Notes under the pieces: model-generated | The model's input: only the letters and a program-made list of their open reading frames with translations | What the model was told of the DNA's origin: nothing | The model's database searches: none | Position numbers and translations under genes: made by a program | In this document: one piece after another, positions 39,032 to 53,076 of the stretch | Numbering within the stretch: position 1 is the stretch's first letter | Layout of the letters: every line of letters starts with the position of its first letter | Origin: Octopus sinensis | Lineage: Eukaryota | Direction of reading: 5' to 3' | DNA: 64,000 nucleotides | Assembly: GCF_006345805.1 (NCBI RefSeq) | Contig: NC_043016.1 | Location: 24,862,001-24,926,000 of the forward strand

Positions 39032-39743
39032 TGTTTTTTTTTTCTCCCTTTCCAGTTACTCTTACCCACATTTATGTAATGTAGGGTAACCATGTATCTC
39101 CTCTACAACAACATATCTGTACCTATCCTTCTGTCATATGTAAGTCTCTCAACAACTCCCTCTCTACTATACTCCTTCTAAGTCAAAGGAGCTTTTCCTT
39201 AATATTGCTAGTGACATGGCAAACTCACTGATGCCAGTTTCACAAAAATGTATTGAATACATGCTGTAAAATGGTTGATGTTATGATGGGTAACCTGCTG
39301 TAGAAACCATGCCAAAGCTGGCAGTAGAGCTTAACACAGCTTTCCTACTCATTGGATCCTGTTGAATCATTCAATTGATGCCAGCATGGAAGACAGATGC
39401 TAAGTGATGATAATGAGGATGATAATAACGATGAACATGATGGTGATGAATTATAAATATATTCATTTATTTACCTAATTCCATAAAAGAGAAGTTCAAT
39501 AATCACATCTTCCACAAGGTGTTCACACAAAAGAGCGATTGACATTACAAAATATTTTTTAAAAATATTTTAAATATTAGCATATTTGTTAATAAGCCAA
39601 TCTTTCAGCAGTTTATATTTCAATAAATAAATATATAAATAAACATATTTTCTATTGGAATAGGGAATGATCTTTTGACATAAAAAAAAAAACTTTGAAA
39701 CAAAGCCAGGATATCAGCAAGGAGAATAAGCCTCAGTATATAT

Positions 39744-39957
39744 TGGTTTCAAATTTTGGCACAAGGCCAGCAATTTCAGGGAAGGCAGTAAATCAATTAC
39801 ATTGATCCCAGTGCTCAACTGGTACTTATTTTATCAACCACAAAGGATGAAAGTCAACCTCAAACTCAGTGGAATTTGAATTCAGAATATAATGACAGAC
39901 GAAATACTGCTAAGCATTTTGCCTGGCATGCTAACAATTCTACCAGCTCACTGCCTT
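39744..39957 (-). mobile_element. SINE family B
   Basis: Family match; flanks GCCTCAGTATATATT / GCTTCAATATATATT look like a TSD. Confidence 0.85.
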
Positions 39958-40211
39958 AAGCTTCAATATATATTAGTTATTCTTCTTATATTTACATTGT
40001 GTTTGTTTTAGAGGAAATAAGCTACTTGACAGTTAATTTGGTTTTAGATTTCAATTCCTGGATAAGTTATTTTTCACTTAGGTACTGCATATAGAGTTTA
40101 AAAAAAAAATTTTTTTTTTTGACAGGTTGATATCTCTTAGATTTTGCTGCATATGCTTTAAGATACTTTAAATAACTCAGACATCCAGTATTCAGCTATG
40201 CAACATTCACA

Positions 40212-40848
40212 AAGGTGGCAAGCTAGCAGAATTATTTATGCTTTAGTCAAAATGCTTAGTGACATTTCTTTTGATTCTTTATGTTCCAAGTTCAAATCCT
40301 GTCAAGCTCAACTCTGCCATGTATCAGAACCAATAAAATACCAATTAAGTATTATGATCAAAGTAGTCAACTAGATTCCTGCCCCTTATGCCAACATTAA
40401 AAATAATAATAATTATTATTATTATTAAGGAGACAAAGATGGTAAGCTGGCAGAATTGTTAGCATGCCAGACATGATGCATAGCAGCATTTTATCTGTCT
40501 TTATGTGCTGAGTTCAAGTTCTGCCAAGGTTGACTTTACCTTTCATCATTTCAGGGTCGATAAAATAAGTACCAGTTAAACATTGGGTTAATCTAATCAA
40601 CTTATCCCCTTCCCCAAAATTGCTGGCCTTGTGTGTACCAAAATTTGAATTTATTAAGGTAGCAAGCAGATTGAATTGTTAACACATTGGACAAAATGTT
40701 TCATAGCATTTCATTCAACTCTTTATGTTCCGAGTTCAAATTTCACCCAAGTCAACTTTTGAGATCAATAAAATAAAGGATTAATCAAGTAATAGGATTG
40801 ATGAAATCAACTAATTCCCCTTCCCTCAAAATTGCTAGCCTTTTGCCA
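40212..40848 (+). mobile_element. Three head-to-tail SINE B copies
   Basis: Heads at about 40212, 40436 and 40657, each with a GTTCAA B box and an AATAAAATA centre. Confidence 0.75.
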
Positions 40849-40861
40849 AAATATATCATAT

Positions 40862-40900
<39 letters not shown>

Positions 40901-40903
<3 letters not shown>

Positions 40904-41098
40904 CAATTGCAGCGTGGAAGGTGTTTATAAGCCATTTAAGAAACACACAAAAACCATTAGATTCACTTCAACATTTAAATTTAAATGTTGAAGTGAATCT
41001 AACAGTTTTTGTGACTTATATGCTGCAACTTCTATGCTGCAACTGTTTTCGTTCCAGCACACGATCTCAGATCAGGTCACTTGCTATGCAAGTACATC
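40901..41098. repeat. Second copy of the 11899 foldback, opposite orientation, perfect palindromic centre
   Basis: GATTCACTTCAACATTTAAATTTAAATGTTGAAGTGAATC. Confidence 0.8.
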
Positions 41099-41188
41099 TC
41101 CGTAATATATATATATATATATATAGATGAGTGTATTTTACCTTGTTAACATTTAACACGGATAAATGCGTTAACTCCATTTTTTATT

Positions 41189-41238
<50 letters not shown>

Positions 41239-41326
41239 TATTCGAGACAAAACCACTATTTTGCAAAACAAACAAGGAAAGACTTAATTAATACATAAAA
41301 TTTTAATAAATAGTCAAAAAAAACCG

Positions 41327-41369
41327 CCACTACAATCGTTTCTTGTCTTGATCGACAATCTTCAGGTGG
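41327..41369 (-). ncRNA. Canonical minimal type-I hammerhead ribozyme
   Basis: CCAC-CUGAAGA-UUGUC-GAUCAA-GACAA-GAAA-C-GAUU-G-UA^GUGG: full core, 4-bp stem I, 5-bp stem II, GUA cleavage triplet. Confidence 0.75.
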
Positions 41370-42481
41370 ACTTCCAATCTAAAAAATCAATATTTTAAAA
41401 TATAAAAATAATAATTTTAAATAATTAAAGTATGAATGAAAAAATATAAGTATATAATCCATATATAACCTATCTATAATCCATATATAAACAATATATA
41501 AACAATATATATATATATATATGTGTGTGTATATGTATGTATATATATATATATATGTACATGTATGCTTACATACATACGTATATATATATATATATAT
41601 ATATATATACGTATGTATGTATGTACATGTGTGGTATGCCTTTGTGGGGTGTTTGTGTGTGTGTGTGGGTATTACTGTCTCCTTGCCTTGATTCTGTTAT
41701 GCAAGCAGTGTCCTTCATTCCCAATGTTCCATGAAAACAAGTCTGGTTATGAGGAAATAGGTGAAGGTTGGTAACTGTAAAGGCATCTGGTTATAAAATC
41801 TGCCCCACCAAATTCCTTCCAATCCATGCATGCATGGAAAAGTTAAAGTGATGCTGCTGCTGCTGCTGATGATGATGATGATGACATACATACATACATA
41901 CACACACACATACATACATACATACATACATACAGACATACATACATACATACACACACACATACATAAATAAATACATACACACATACATATATATGTA
42001 TGTATGTATGTATGTGTGCATGTGTATATGTATGTATGTGTGTATGTATGTGTGTATGTATGTATGTATGTGTGTATGTATGTGCGTATGTATGTATGTG
42101 TGTGTGTATGTATGTATGTATATATGTGTGTGTATGTATGTATGTATGTATGTATGCATGCATGTATGTATGTATGTGTGTGTGTATGCATGTATGTATG
42201 TATGTATGTATATGTGCGTTTAATTATATATGTACAAAAGGCGATGAAAGGATTAAGAAAAAAAATAATAATAAAACAGAAGAGGAAAATATACCAAAAA
42301 ATATAAGAAACAGACAAATATTAATTGTTATTGGAAATGTATTATTTCAAAGAAGAAATGATGAAAGTAATTACCATGGTTTAATTGGATGACGTATGAA
42401 ATAATGTGATGACAGCTATTAAACTCTACTAGATAATCTGATAATGCTGACGATGAATAGCCAAAAATAAGGGCATCAATA

Positions 42482-42482
<1 letters not shown>

Positions 42483-42560
<78 letters not shown>

Positions 42561-42639
42561 GAAGAAGAAGAAGAAGAAGAAGAAGAAGAAGAAGAAGAAG
42601 AAGAAGAAGAAGAAGAAGAAGAAGAAGAAGAAGAAGAAG
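42483..42639. repeat. Compound (CAG)n(CAA)n(GAA)n
   Basis: Direct inspection. Confidence 0.95.
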
Positions 42640-43403
42640 CGAACCTCTATTTTATCCTTACTTACTGCCTTTGAAAAAAAAAAGTGAAGTTGAACAATAC
42701 GGCTCTGTGTTTTCTGTACAGAAAAGAAAATGGAAAAGTCATGGTGAGAACGTCTTTGCTCAATCAAGGCTGTAATTGGGATAAGCAAAAAAAAAAAAAA
42801 AAACGACAACAACAACAGGGGCAATATCGATAGCTGTGGCAACAAAAACAACAACAACAACAACAACAACAATAACATAAGCAGCATCAATGATGTTAAC
42901 AACTGTAACAGCAACAGCAGCGATAATTACAACTAAAAGAACAAGAGCAGCAGCAACAACAACAACAACAACAACAACAACACAAGCAACACAGACTACA
43001 CACACATATAGGCATAGCTGTTACTTTTTCTTTTCTTTTTCTGTAAACCAGCTGTTAAACGAACGAACGTGTTGCTCTCTTTGTAGCCAAGCATAATTAA
43101 CTGTGGATTTATACACTTTTTGTGTTTCTACTTATCAATGGGTAGCCTCGATATTCATTCGAATATATTTTGTTTTTTGTTTTTTTGTTGTTGCTGTTGT
43201 TTCTCTTTTTTTTTTTTTCAGGTTTTTAATCATTTAATATGTTTTCACCTACATAACAATCTAACTAGTAACCATCATCAATCACCACTTTCTGTCTTCC
43301 CGTGTGGGTGGGGACCATTGTAGAGAAGATATTTTCCAAAGTAAAATGAATTGAAACATTCAATTTCACGCAACCACAGGCATGCACACATGCATGCACA
43401 CTC

Positions 43404-43466
<63 letters not shown>

Positions 43467-43745
43467 AGCAAGCACACACATGGCTGTGGAGTCATGAAGT
43501 TAGTCTTGCAACACTATGGTTTCAGGTTTGGTCCCTTGGCATCACATCTTGGGCAAAGTGTCTTCTACTCACAAGGCATTGGTCTCGGGCAGACCAATAC
43601 ATTGTGAGTATATTTGCAAACAGAAACTGTTTAGAAGCCTGTTGATAAAAATTTTTTAGAAGGAATTCTTGATACTGCTACAATATCAGAAAGAAAGTTT
43701 TTATTATATTATTAATTAGATAAGAAAAAAATGTTAAAAAAACAG

Positions 43746-44164
43746 ACTCTTTTACTGTTTTACTTGTTTCAGTCATTTGACTGCAGCCATGCTGGAGCAC
43801 CGCCTTTAGTCAAGCACATCAACCCCAGGACTCATTCTTTGTAAGCCTAGTACTTATTGTATCAGTCTCTTTTGCCAAACCACTAAGTTACAGGGATGTA
43901 AACACACCAGCATTGGTTGTCAAGCGATGTTGGAGGGACAAACACAGACACACAAACATATACACACACATACATACATATATATATATACATATATATT
44001 ACAGGCTTCTCTCAGTTTCCGTCTACCAAATCCACTCACAAGGCTTTGGTCAGCCCAAGGCTATAGTAGAAGACACTTGCCCAAGGTACCACGCAGTGGG
44101 ACTGAACCCGGAACCATGGGGTTGGTAAGCAAGCTACTTACCACACATCCACTCCTGTGCCTAT
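43746..44164 (-). mobile_element. SINE family A, full length
   Basis: Family match. Confidence 0.9.
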
Positions 44165-44959
44165 GCGACTGACACAAATAATTTGAAAAGAAGCATTGTA
44201 ATGTGTAAGTGCTTTCATTAATTACAGATTTTCAAACATGTGTTATAGAGTAATCTGTATTGAAGAAATTGTTTTTAGTAGCAGTGTTGGCTATTCCAGG
44301 TTTCTATTGGATTTAGAATACTTAAAGAGTATTCATCTTTGCCTTTCATAATTGATCATTTTCTGTTATTTTGATAAAAAAGGAAATATTTTGAATTTTC
44401 ACCATGTGCACAAATGTTTAGATATTTGCTGCATGGAACATTTATTTTAAAGAGATAAATCTTTGATTTGTGGATTATGCACCCTAATCCAATTTATTCA
44501 TTTTAATCCCATTTGGCCAATATACTTCTCTTGCAGAATTTTTGTGCTGCAATTCATATTTTCATTAACCTTCAAGTCCTTCCCATTCTTGAATTTTTTT
44601 AGTTTGTTCCCTGTTCAGTTATTTCATCCATTTTTGCCTTCATTAAGAGTCCTTTAAGATTTGGTAGTAATCTTTGACTGTTGATAATTTATGATACTTT
44701 ATTTTTCTGAGATTTGATGATTAAAGTAAAACTGGAAGGTGGCATTTAGCAGAATATAAGATGTTATAGTTTCTATGATTATGGGTGATATATTTATTCA
44801 CTTTGTCATCATATTTCTGTTGAAATCCATCGCCTTTGTTCCTGTTAATTTTTAAAAAAATGAAGAGTTTAGTAAAATAACTTTGTCCTTATTAAACTGG
44901 TGTTTAAAGCATAAATTTACATGAAATTTTTATGGCAAGTTTTAATTCAGTGGCTAAAG

Positions 44960-45300
44960 ACTTCATCAAGAGGAACCACATCCAGTTTCAGCCCCTATTC
45001 CTCTACTGTTTTCGACTTGGTGGGCCCAACCTCTTTCAGAGGCATCTTCAGTTCTGGTGTTGAGTGCGTTTCTTCTTTCTCCTTTTTTCTATTGTTCTTT
45101 GGTTTCTTCGATGCAGCGTCAACGAATGTCAGCGGGTGAATGACCATCCTGCCAAATTTTCCTTTAAATTCCCCTTTGAATTTGATGGTCATTCTTTCTA
45201 CCTTGTCATCAAATTTCTTATAGCTCACTGCATCATTTGCCTTCGACCACTTAATCTTCGGCTTCTTCAACCTATCTCTTTTCTTGGTCGAGTAAGTTAT
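44960..45300 (-). pseudogene. Possible fragment of a HERO/R4-like (restriction-like endonuclease) non-LTR retrotransposon ORF, upstream of RT
   Basis: KKPKIKWSKANDAVSYKKFDDKV resembles, from memory, the RIKWPKA...W..FD.D region of these elements; frameshifted. Confidence 0.35.
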
Positions 45301-45484
45301 ATTTAAGTGTTACATACAAGTAATAAAGATGATAGATTTGATTACTTTATTTACTTGGGCAGGTTATGTATCTATTTGCTGACATAATTCTCGTTTTCCA
45401 TGGTTAAAATACAAGACATTCCATCCCACATTCATTTTTCTTTTTTTATATATATATTTTTATAGGTTTCGATCTTTGCTTCAA

Positions 45485-45687
45485 GGGTGATGAAGCCAGG
45501 AGCTTATCTGGATTTTCAAGATATTTAGGCTGAAAGTACAAATACTCCCTCTTGGATAGGACATGAGTCTATCACAGGATTGACTCCTTGGTATCGGTAT
45601 GATTGCTCACCATCCTATTCAAGAGGGAGTGTTATACTTTCAGTTGAAATACCTTGAAATTTGGATAAATTCTTAGCTTCATGATCC
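45485..45687. repeat. Hairpin with about 75-bp arms, abutting a SINE C remnant (45688-45830, minus)
   Basis: GGCTGAAAGTACAAATACTCCCTCTTGGATAGG / CCTATTCAAGAGGGAGTGTTATACTTTCAGTT. Confidence 0.7.
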
Positions 45688-46117
45688 TACTCATTTTCAG
45701 CCGAGTGTAGTAGAGCAATGTGAAATTAAAAGCCTTGTTCAAGGACATAATGCACTAACTGCTCCAAAAATCAAACCCATGACATAAGAGTCATGTACTC
45801 AACATTTTAACCATTGGTGCATATGCATTCACTTTAAATGGATTTACCATGGCAAATACAGTGGTGCATACTAACAATAAACAGAGAGAAAATACAATGT
45901 ACCAAAACAAGTACTTTTATTATACTCTCATGTTAGGAAGAAATGGTAAAGTTTTTCATATACAATAGAAATATGTTTTGTCTATACCAGCTTACTGGTT
46001 ACATGTACGTTGAGACTTCTATGGCAGCTTTGAATTCTGAAAGAACGATTGTAAGTTTTGAGGAACTCCAGCCTTTTTTATTTCTCATTTACTTGATAAA
46101 ACTAATTTTTTATCATC

Positions 46118-46565
46118 ATCATCAACGTTATCATCATCATTGTTGTCATCATTTAAAATCTGTTTTCCATGCTAGCACAGGTTGGATGATTTGACAGGAA
46201 CTGGCCAGGTGAAGAGCTGCCAGGCTCCATATCTGTTTTGGCATGTACTCTATGGCTGGATGCCCTTCTTAATGTCAACCACTTTACATATTGTACTGAG
46301 TGCTTTTATGTAACTCTGGCATGGTTGCTTTTACGTAGCATCAGCACGGCTGCTTTTTAAGTGGCACTGATAGCCATAAGTTCACAAGATTAGGATCACT
46401 CAGCTGAAGGACATGCCTGATATGTAAGGACAACTACGATTTTACTTAGCTTGACATGTCTTCTCAAGCACAGCAAACCACTAGAAGTCTCAGTCACTTG
46501 TCATCACCTCTGTGAGGCCCAATGTCTGAAGATCCTTACTCACCACTTCATTCCACGTCATCCCT
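46118..46565 (-). mobile_element. Diverged RTE 3' end
   Basis: (CAT)n, TCTGTTTTCCATGCTAGC, and an ORF tail resembling 16500-16600. Confidence 0.8.
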
Positions 46566-46675
46566 TTTTACATGTTTCCTTTCATGTTCTTGTCAGTCAT
46601 CCGATCACATTTTTATTCTGACATCTCAGTTTAAGCAGGCTGTAACAAGATAATTTTAGTTAGTGATTGATCCTA

Positions 46676-47089
46676 TACTCTTTTACTCTTTTACTTGTTT
46701 CAGTCATTTGACTGCAGCCATACTGGAGCGACACCTTTAGTCGAGCAAATCGACCCCAGGACTTATTCTTTGTAAGCCTAGTACTTATTCTATCGGTCTC
46801 TTTTGCCGAACCGTTAAATTACAGGGACCTAAACATACCACCATCGGTTGTCAAGCGATGTTGGGGGGACAAACACAGACACACAAGTGTATACACACAC
46901 ACATACACATATATATACATATATACGGCGAACTTCTTTCAGTTTTCGTTTACCAAATCCACTCACAAGGCTTTGGTCGGCCCGAGGCTATAGAAGAAGA
47001 CACTTGCCCAAGGTGCCCCACAGTGGGACTGAACCCAGAACCATGTGGTTAGTAAGCAAGCTACTTGCCACACAGTCACTCCTGTGCCT
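46676..47089 (-). mobile_element. SINE family A, full length
   Basis: Family match. Confidence 0.9.
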
Positions 47090-47656
47090 GGTAGTGGTTT
47101 TCAAATATTTCTTTTGCTTCAAACTCTAAGGAAATGTTTGATTAACTTTTGCACTTTCTACATCACCCTTGAAGATGAAAAAGACTTACTAATAATTAAT
47201 TTATTATTTTTAATGATGTAATGTGAAGTACATTAAGCTATAAATACTAGCATGTAAATATTGAGTTTAAAAAAAAAACCCTGTGGATGGAAAAAGTCAA
47301 AGACTGCCATTGTGATTCAAACCCACAACTATCAACATGACAGACCAGGTGTGAGTTCAAGTCTTAAGGGCAGCCAACAGCTTTTTGCCTCCAAAAGGAT
47401 TTTAACCAAATATTTACATGCTCTTATTTATAGCTTTATTTATTTTGAATTCAGTTGTTAAAAACGATTTATTTTAAGTTCTCTTGAAGTTTCTAAATTC
47501 TTATGATGTAAATAATTTAAAATCTTTTTCCTCTAATTGAACTACATACAGTACCATGGGTGAATGAATTAAGCACAGAAAAGAAAGAAAGCAAAAGCAA
47601 GCTGTGGACTCAGTGTATAATATGCAAATGTAAATTGATCATTTAATTAAAAATAT

Positions 47657-47873
47657 TGATTGCAAATTTTGATACAAGGCCAGCAATTTCGGGAGAAAGG
47701 ATAAGTCAATTACATCAACTCTAGTGTTCAAATGGTACCTATTTTATCAAATCTGAAAGGACGAAAGGTAAAGTTTGGCCTTGGTAAAATTTGAACTCAG
47801 AATGTAAAGATAGATGAAATGTCGCTAAGCATTTTGGCCAGTATGCTAATGATTCTGCCAGCTCACTACCTTT
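47657..47873 (-). mobile_element. SINE family B
   Basis: Family match. Confidence 0.85.
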
Positions 47874-47913
47874 AATTAGTAAAATAATATAAAACAGTAA
47901 AATCAATTGCAAT

Positions 47914-48327
47914 TACTCTTTAACTCTTTTACTTGTTTCAGTAATTTGACTGTGGCCATGCTGGAGCACCACCTTTTGTCGAACAAATCGACCCCAGGAC
48001 TTATTCTTTGTAAGCCTAGTACTTATTCTATCAGTCTCTTTTGCCGAACCGCTAATTTACAGGGACGTAAACATACCAGCATCGGTTGTCAAGCAATGTT
48101 GGGGGGACAAACACAGACACACAAGTGTATACACACACACATACACATATATATACATATATAAGATGAGCTTCTTACAGTTTCCGTCTACCAAATCTAC
48201 TTGCAAGGCTTTGGTCGGCCCGAAGCTATAGTAGAAGACACTTGCCCAAGGTACAATGCAGTGGGACTGAACCAGGAACCATGCGGTTCGTAAGCAAGCT
48301 ACTTACTATACAGCCACTCCTACACCT
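47914..48327 (-). mobile_element. SINE family A, full length
   Basis: Family match. Confidence 0.9.
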
Positions 48328-49158
48328 GAAGATAAAATTCAGTTCCTACTTTGTTTCTGCTTTTTATGCCTTGCTGATTGTGTCCTGCAGATCTGACTGT
48401 GGATTCAGATTTCTAGATTTTGTCTTGATTAATAAAAGACAATTGAATCCATATTCACACAAGTATGTCATCTTAAAGATACAGTCATTGGTCATAATTT
48501 TTTAAGCCTATATTTAAAGTTCTTGGTGTGCTTAGTAGAATAAAAGTATTCTTAAGAGTGAGTTAGAATACTAGCAGACAATTTTGAAGTATATATTTTC
48601 ACTCATTGTCATGCTAGCTGAAGTGTCATCTGAAATATCATCTCATACCCCAGGGTATGGCGGCAGTAGTTTATTGGTTGATGATTTAGTGATTTTTTGA
48701 AAATGTTTAGAAATTATTTCCTTTGTTAATATATCTCATAGACAATTTTCTGCTTCAGAAAACATACATATATACATCGGAATTTTATCATTTGAATATA
48801 TATGAGCATGTCTAGATATGCAACTATGCATGAGAATGCATACATAAAGCAAAACATACAAATCTGCACATATACATACATACAAACAAACAAAAATACC
48901 GTGTTGTTGATGTTGAAATTCTAATGAAGGAACTTTGGATCTAGGTTAGAAACCAGCTCTTTCACTATTGGCAAGAAATCTTGAAATAAAATTGAACAAT
49001 GCCAAACAAACATACATGCGTACATACATACATACATACATACATACATACATACATGAAGGCATGCATACATACATATACACATACATATGTATATATT
49101 GATAGATACATACATGTATACACACCTACATGCATGCATACATACATACATACATACA

Positions 49159-49190
<32 letters not shown>

Positions 49191-49722
49191 CATATGTATA
49201 TATTGAGCGATAGATACATACATACATGCATGCATATATACATAAGTGCATACATACATACATACATACATATATGCAGGCATGCATACATGCATCTATA
49301 CATACATACATACATACATACATACAAGCATACATATCCAATCCATATATAATAGACACACACACATATACGTATAATCATTCACCTCCTCATCATTGTC
49401 ATTTTGACATTCATTTTTCTATGCCTTCATGCCTAGGTCAGACATAGTTGAGTGTCTCTATGACTTGATGCACTTCCTGTTGCCAATTCTCACCTGTATC
49501 CAAGCAAGATAATATTTCCCCATGGCCAGCTATCATGGTAACTGTAAGTTTTGTGGGGTCTCCCTGAAAAGCCCTCAAAATATCCTACTCTTCATCATCA
49601 TTTTATCGTTAGAATTTTATTGTTACTGTTATTTTTCAGTTTACGCACTCTTTCATGTAATCCCAGGGTCTTCCTGTATCAACCTTGACCTTTTTGTAAA
49701 CCTTTAATGGTTAATAAAGAAA

Positions 49723-50225
49723 CTACTACTACTACCACCACCACCACCACCACCACCACCACCACCACCACCACCACCACTACCACCACCACCATCACCA
49801 CCACAACCACCACCACCACCAATACTACTACTGCTACCACTACCACCACCACCACCATCACCACCCCAACCACCACCACCACCACCACCACCACCAACAC
49901 CATCACCACCAAAACCACAACCACCACCACCTACCCACCACCACTACTACCGCTACCACTACCACCACCACCACCACCACCACCACCACCACCACCACCA
50001 CCACCACCACCACCACTATTGTTGTTGTTATACTCCTCCTCCTGCTGATGATGACAGCAATGACAACAGTTGTGGCAGTGGCAGTGGTGGTAGCAGTTGT
50101 GGTGATAGTGGTGTTGTTGTCGTTGTTGTTGGTGATGATGGTGTTTTGATTGTGATGATGATGATGATGATGACGGTGACAGTGGTGGTGTTGATAGGGT
50201 TAGAGAGATGTTTATGATGATAATC
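49723..50225. repeat. (CAC)n then (GTG/GAT)n trinucleotide tract
   Basis: Direct inspection. Confidence 0.95.
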
Positions 50226-51463
50226 ATTAGAGTGATTATGACGACACTACTGGCTAATTAATAGCTGTCATGCACATGACCGGATAATTTTGGATGATCT
50301 CAGTCCCATCTTCTTTGTTGTGTGTCGTGCCGGAATCCCAGGACCCTACAATGACAATCCTGTCTTTTTTTTACCAATCAGTAAGGAACCCAGTGGCAAC
50401 ATGTCCCTTAAAATAATAGGGTGAGGTGCTTGGCTGATATTTCTAATGAATTGAATAGTGATTATATCTGAGGATCTAGTGAACTACATAAATTGTATCG
50501 GGGGGAGGGGATTAGAGTGAGTGAGAGGGAGAAAGAGAGAGAGAGATTAGATATATGAAAGAGGAAGAAGTAGTGGAAGAAATGAAGGAAAGTGTAGAGG
50601 GAAAGTAAAAGAAAAGATGAGATAGAAGGAAAAAGAGCAAAATAAAAAAGAGAAAGAATTAAGAAGAGAGAGAGAGAGAACAGGGAAAATTGGATAATGA
50701 AAGAGAGAGAGGGAGAGGGAGAGAGAAAGAAGAGAGGATGAGAGAATTAGATAATGAGAGGGAAAGAGTGAAAAGAAATGAAAGTAGTGGATAATGAGAA
50801 AGACGAAGAGAGAGGGGGGGCAGAGGCAGAGAAAAAGGGAGAAAGGAGAAGAGAGAGAGGAAGAGAGGGAGAAAGAGTGAGAGGTAGAAAGAGAGAGAGA
50901 GGGAGAAAGAGAGAGAGAGAGAGAGAGGGTTACACCAGTGAAAAAGGACAATTAAAAGAAGTCCTCTTCTCACCATGACCCCCACCTAGTAGCTGACCAA
51001 CCTCCCCCCCCTAAACAACTAACAAGTATGTATTTAGGATAAGGTCATAGGGTAACTGTCATAGCTATTACTCATCAGCTTCACTGACTCTCTGACAATT
51101 ACATATATGCTCACATTCACACATATACACACACACACACTACATGTAACGTTCACATATACACATGCACACACATCCATATGTAGATGTGTCCATATGT
51201 ATATGCACACACACACTTGCACGTATATAAAATGCACATACACACAGACATGCATACACATGCACAACATAAACCTGTACATACACACATACATGCACAT
51301 GTACATGTATAGGCATACACACACTCACACATGCATGCACAAGCACACATCCACACATAGACACATACATGCACACATAGGCACACATATACGCACATAC
51401 ACATGCACACATCTACACACATATAAACATGCAGACACAAACACTAATATACATACATATACA

Positions 51464-51495
<32 letters not shown>

Positions 51496-52199
51496 TTGGT
51501 TCAATTTCTATATTATGATTTTTAAAAAAAATATACAAGACTTCAGTATTTTCTCTCTTTGTGTGATTGCCTCAGCTGAGGGACACTGAGTTGTTGATGA
51601 TTGAGTTGTGGTTATTGTGTAGCACAAAGTAAAATCTTGCTGAGAAGACCAATGAACAAACATGATCCAAACATGAACATCCTTTACACATTCTCTTTTT
51701 AACTCTTTAGCTCATGACCATGATCAGAGATGCACATATGGTCAGTCACTAAAGGACATTTTCAAGTGGTTAAAGTTAAGTAACTGACAAGCAAGTCTGT
51801 GATAAAGAGCAGAATATTTGCTATAATGATATTTCTGCTTCAGCAACTCAGCACTGAATCTATCTGAAATGTAATGGAAGATAGGTCAGTTTCAAAATAG
51901 TGATGTCCAGGTCACAAAAGCAAAGTTTGAAGGGAATAGTAGTCATTTCCTTTGATTTCTAGATAGAAGCATAGAGGAAATAACACTTATTGGCCAAAGA
52001 CAAAAAAAAAAAAAATTGAAATTTTGTTATACAATGTTATGAAAGAAGGAGCAGGAAAATATTTTCCTGTGTTGGCTACTGTGGATTATATAAGGTTAGG
52101 TGGGAGTAAGTAGAGTGGAGCTGAGAAGAAAGGGATAAAGATGATGGTAATGAAGTGTCAGTGGGTGCCTTCAAGAAGATGACATAGAAGACTGGGAAT

Positions 52200-52470
52200 T
52201 GGTGATCAGAAATTTAGAGATTGAATCATCTTCAAAGAATATGATACCTAATAAAGTGCCTCTTGGACCCTTGGCAAACTCTTCCTCTTTCTCACTTTCA
52301 TAAATTTTACTTTCTTAAATGTTTGTTACTTTTTTACTTGAACTGTACCCTTGACCACTTGGCTATGTTATCAACTGATCTAGCCTTGAAAAGACACGAA
52401 TAATTTGCTGAGCTACAGATAAGAGGGTCAAGTCATCCATGAAGGCCTTCTTAAATGACAGTATCTTTTT
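52200..52470 (-). pseudogene. HERO/R4-like RT relic
   Basis: 52446-52432 reads AFMDD, within KKAFMDDLTLL...RLDQLIT. Confidence 0.5.
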
Positions 52471-52547
52471 GTTTTGTGGCTATTTCTTTCAAACAGTCTG
52501 CTGCTTTCAAAAAGCCTCTCATCTCCTTGAGCAGAATAAACCATATA

Positions 52548-53076
52548 CCGTAAATCCTTGAGTATAGTCCACCCTTGAGTATAGTCCACCCTTGAGTATA
52601 ATACACAGGGGATTTTTAGGGGGCTGTACCTCTGAAAAACCTAAACCATGTGTATAATACGCACCCCTTCTCTAACTTGAGTCAAGGAGGTCTATATAAC
52701 GTCTTTGGTTTGTAAAAATGTATACGGTAACATCCTTTTTTATTATTGTATATATAACATAATGCAAACATGTAGCTTTTTTGTGCATTTTGCTTGCAGA
52801 AAATAAAGAAATAACAGTAATAACATTTAATAAATGTTGCTTACTGCAAGTTATGGATGATTCTTTTATGACTTCATTGCTTTCAGGCTTAGCTTAAGGT
52901 ATTTTTGCGCCTGACATCACAAAATGCGTCTGAATAAAAATTGCCAGACAGCAAATAGTGACTCAGACATTGCTTAGAAAATATTTTTCATTTTTAACCT
53001 CGTATATAGTATGCAGTAGGGATTTTGACCTTTAAATTTTGGGAAAAAAATGCGAATTATACTCGAGGATTTACGG
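52548..53076. mobile_element. TA-flanked MITE (Tc1/mariner/pogo-type termini)
   Basis: TA-CCGTAAATCCTTGAGTATA...TATACTCGAGGATTTACGG-TA; subterminal 17-bp unit triplicated. Confidence 0.85.

Noticed and set aside
42483-42639. Possible polyQ-polyE coding tract
   Set aside because: No supported reading frame or splice context; a simple compound microsatellite
42722-42743. Possible 22-nt micro-exon (TTTTCTGTACAG ... GTGAGA)
   Set aside because: Splice-like motifs of this quality are expected by chance in 64 kb; RNA-seq would be needed
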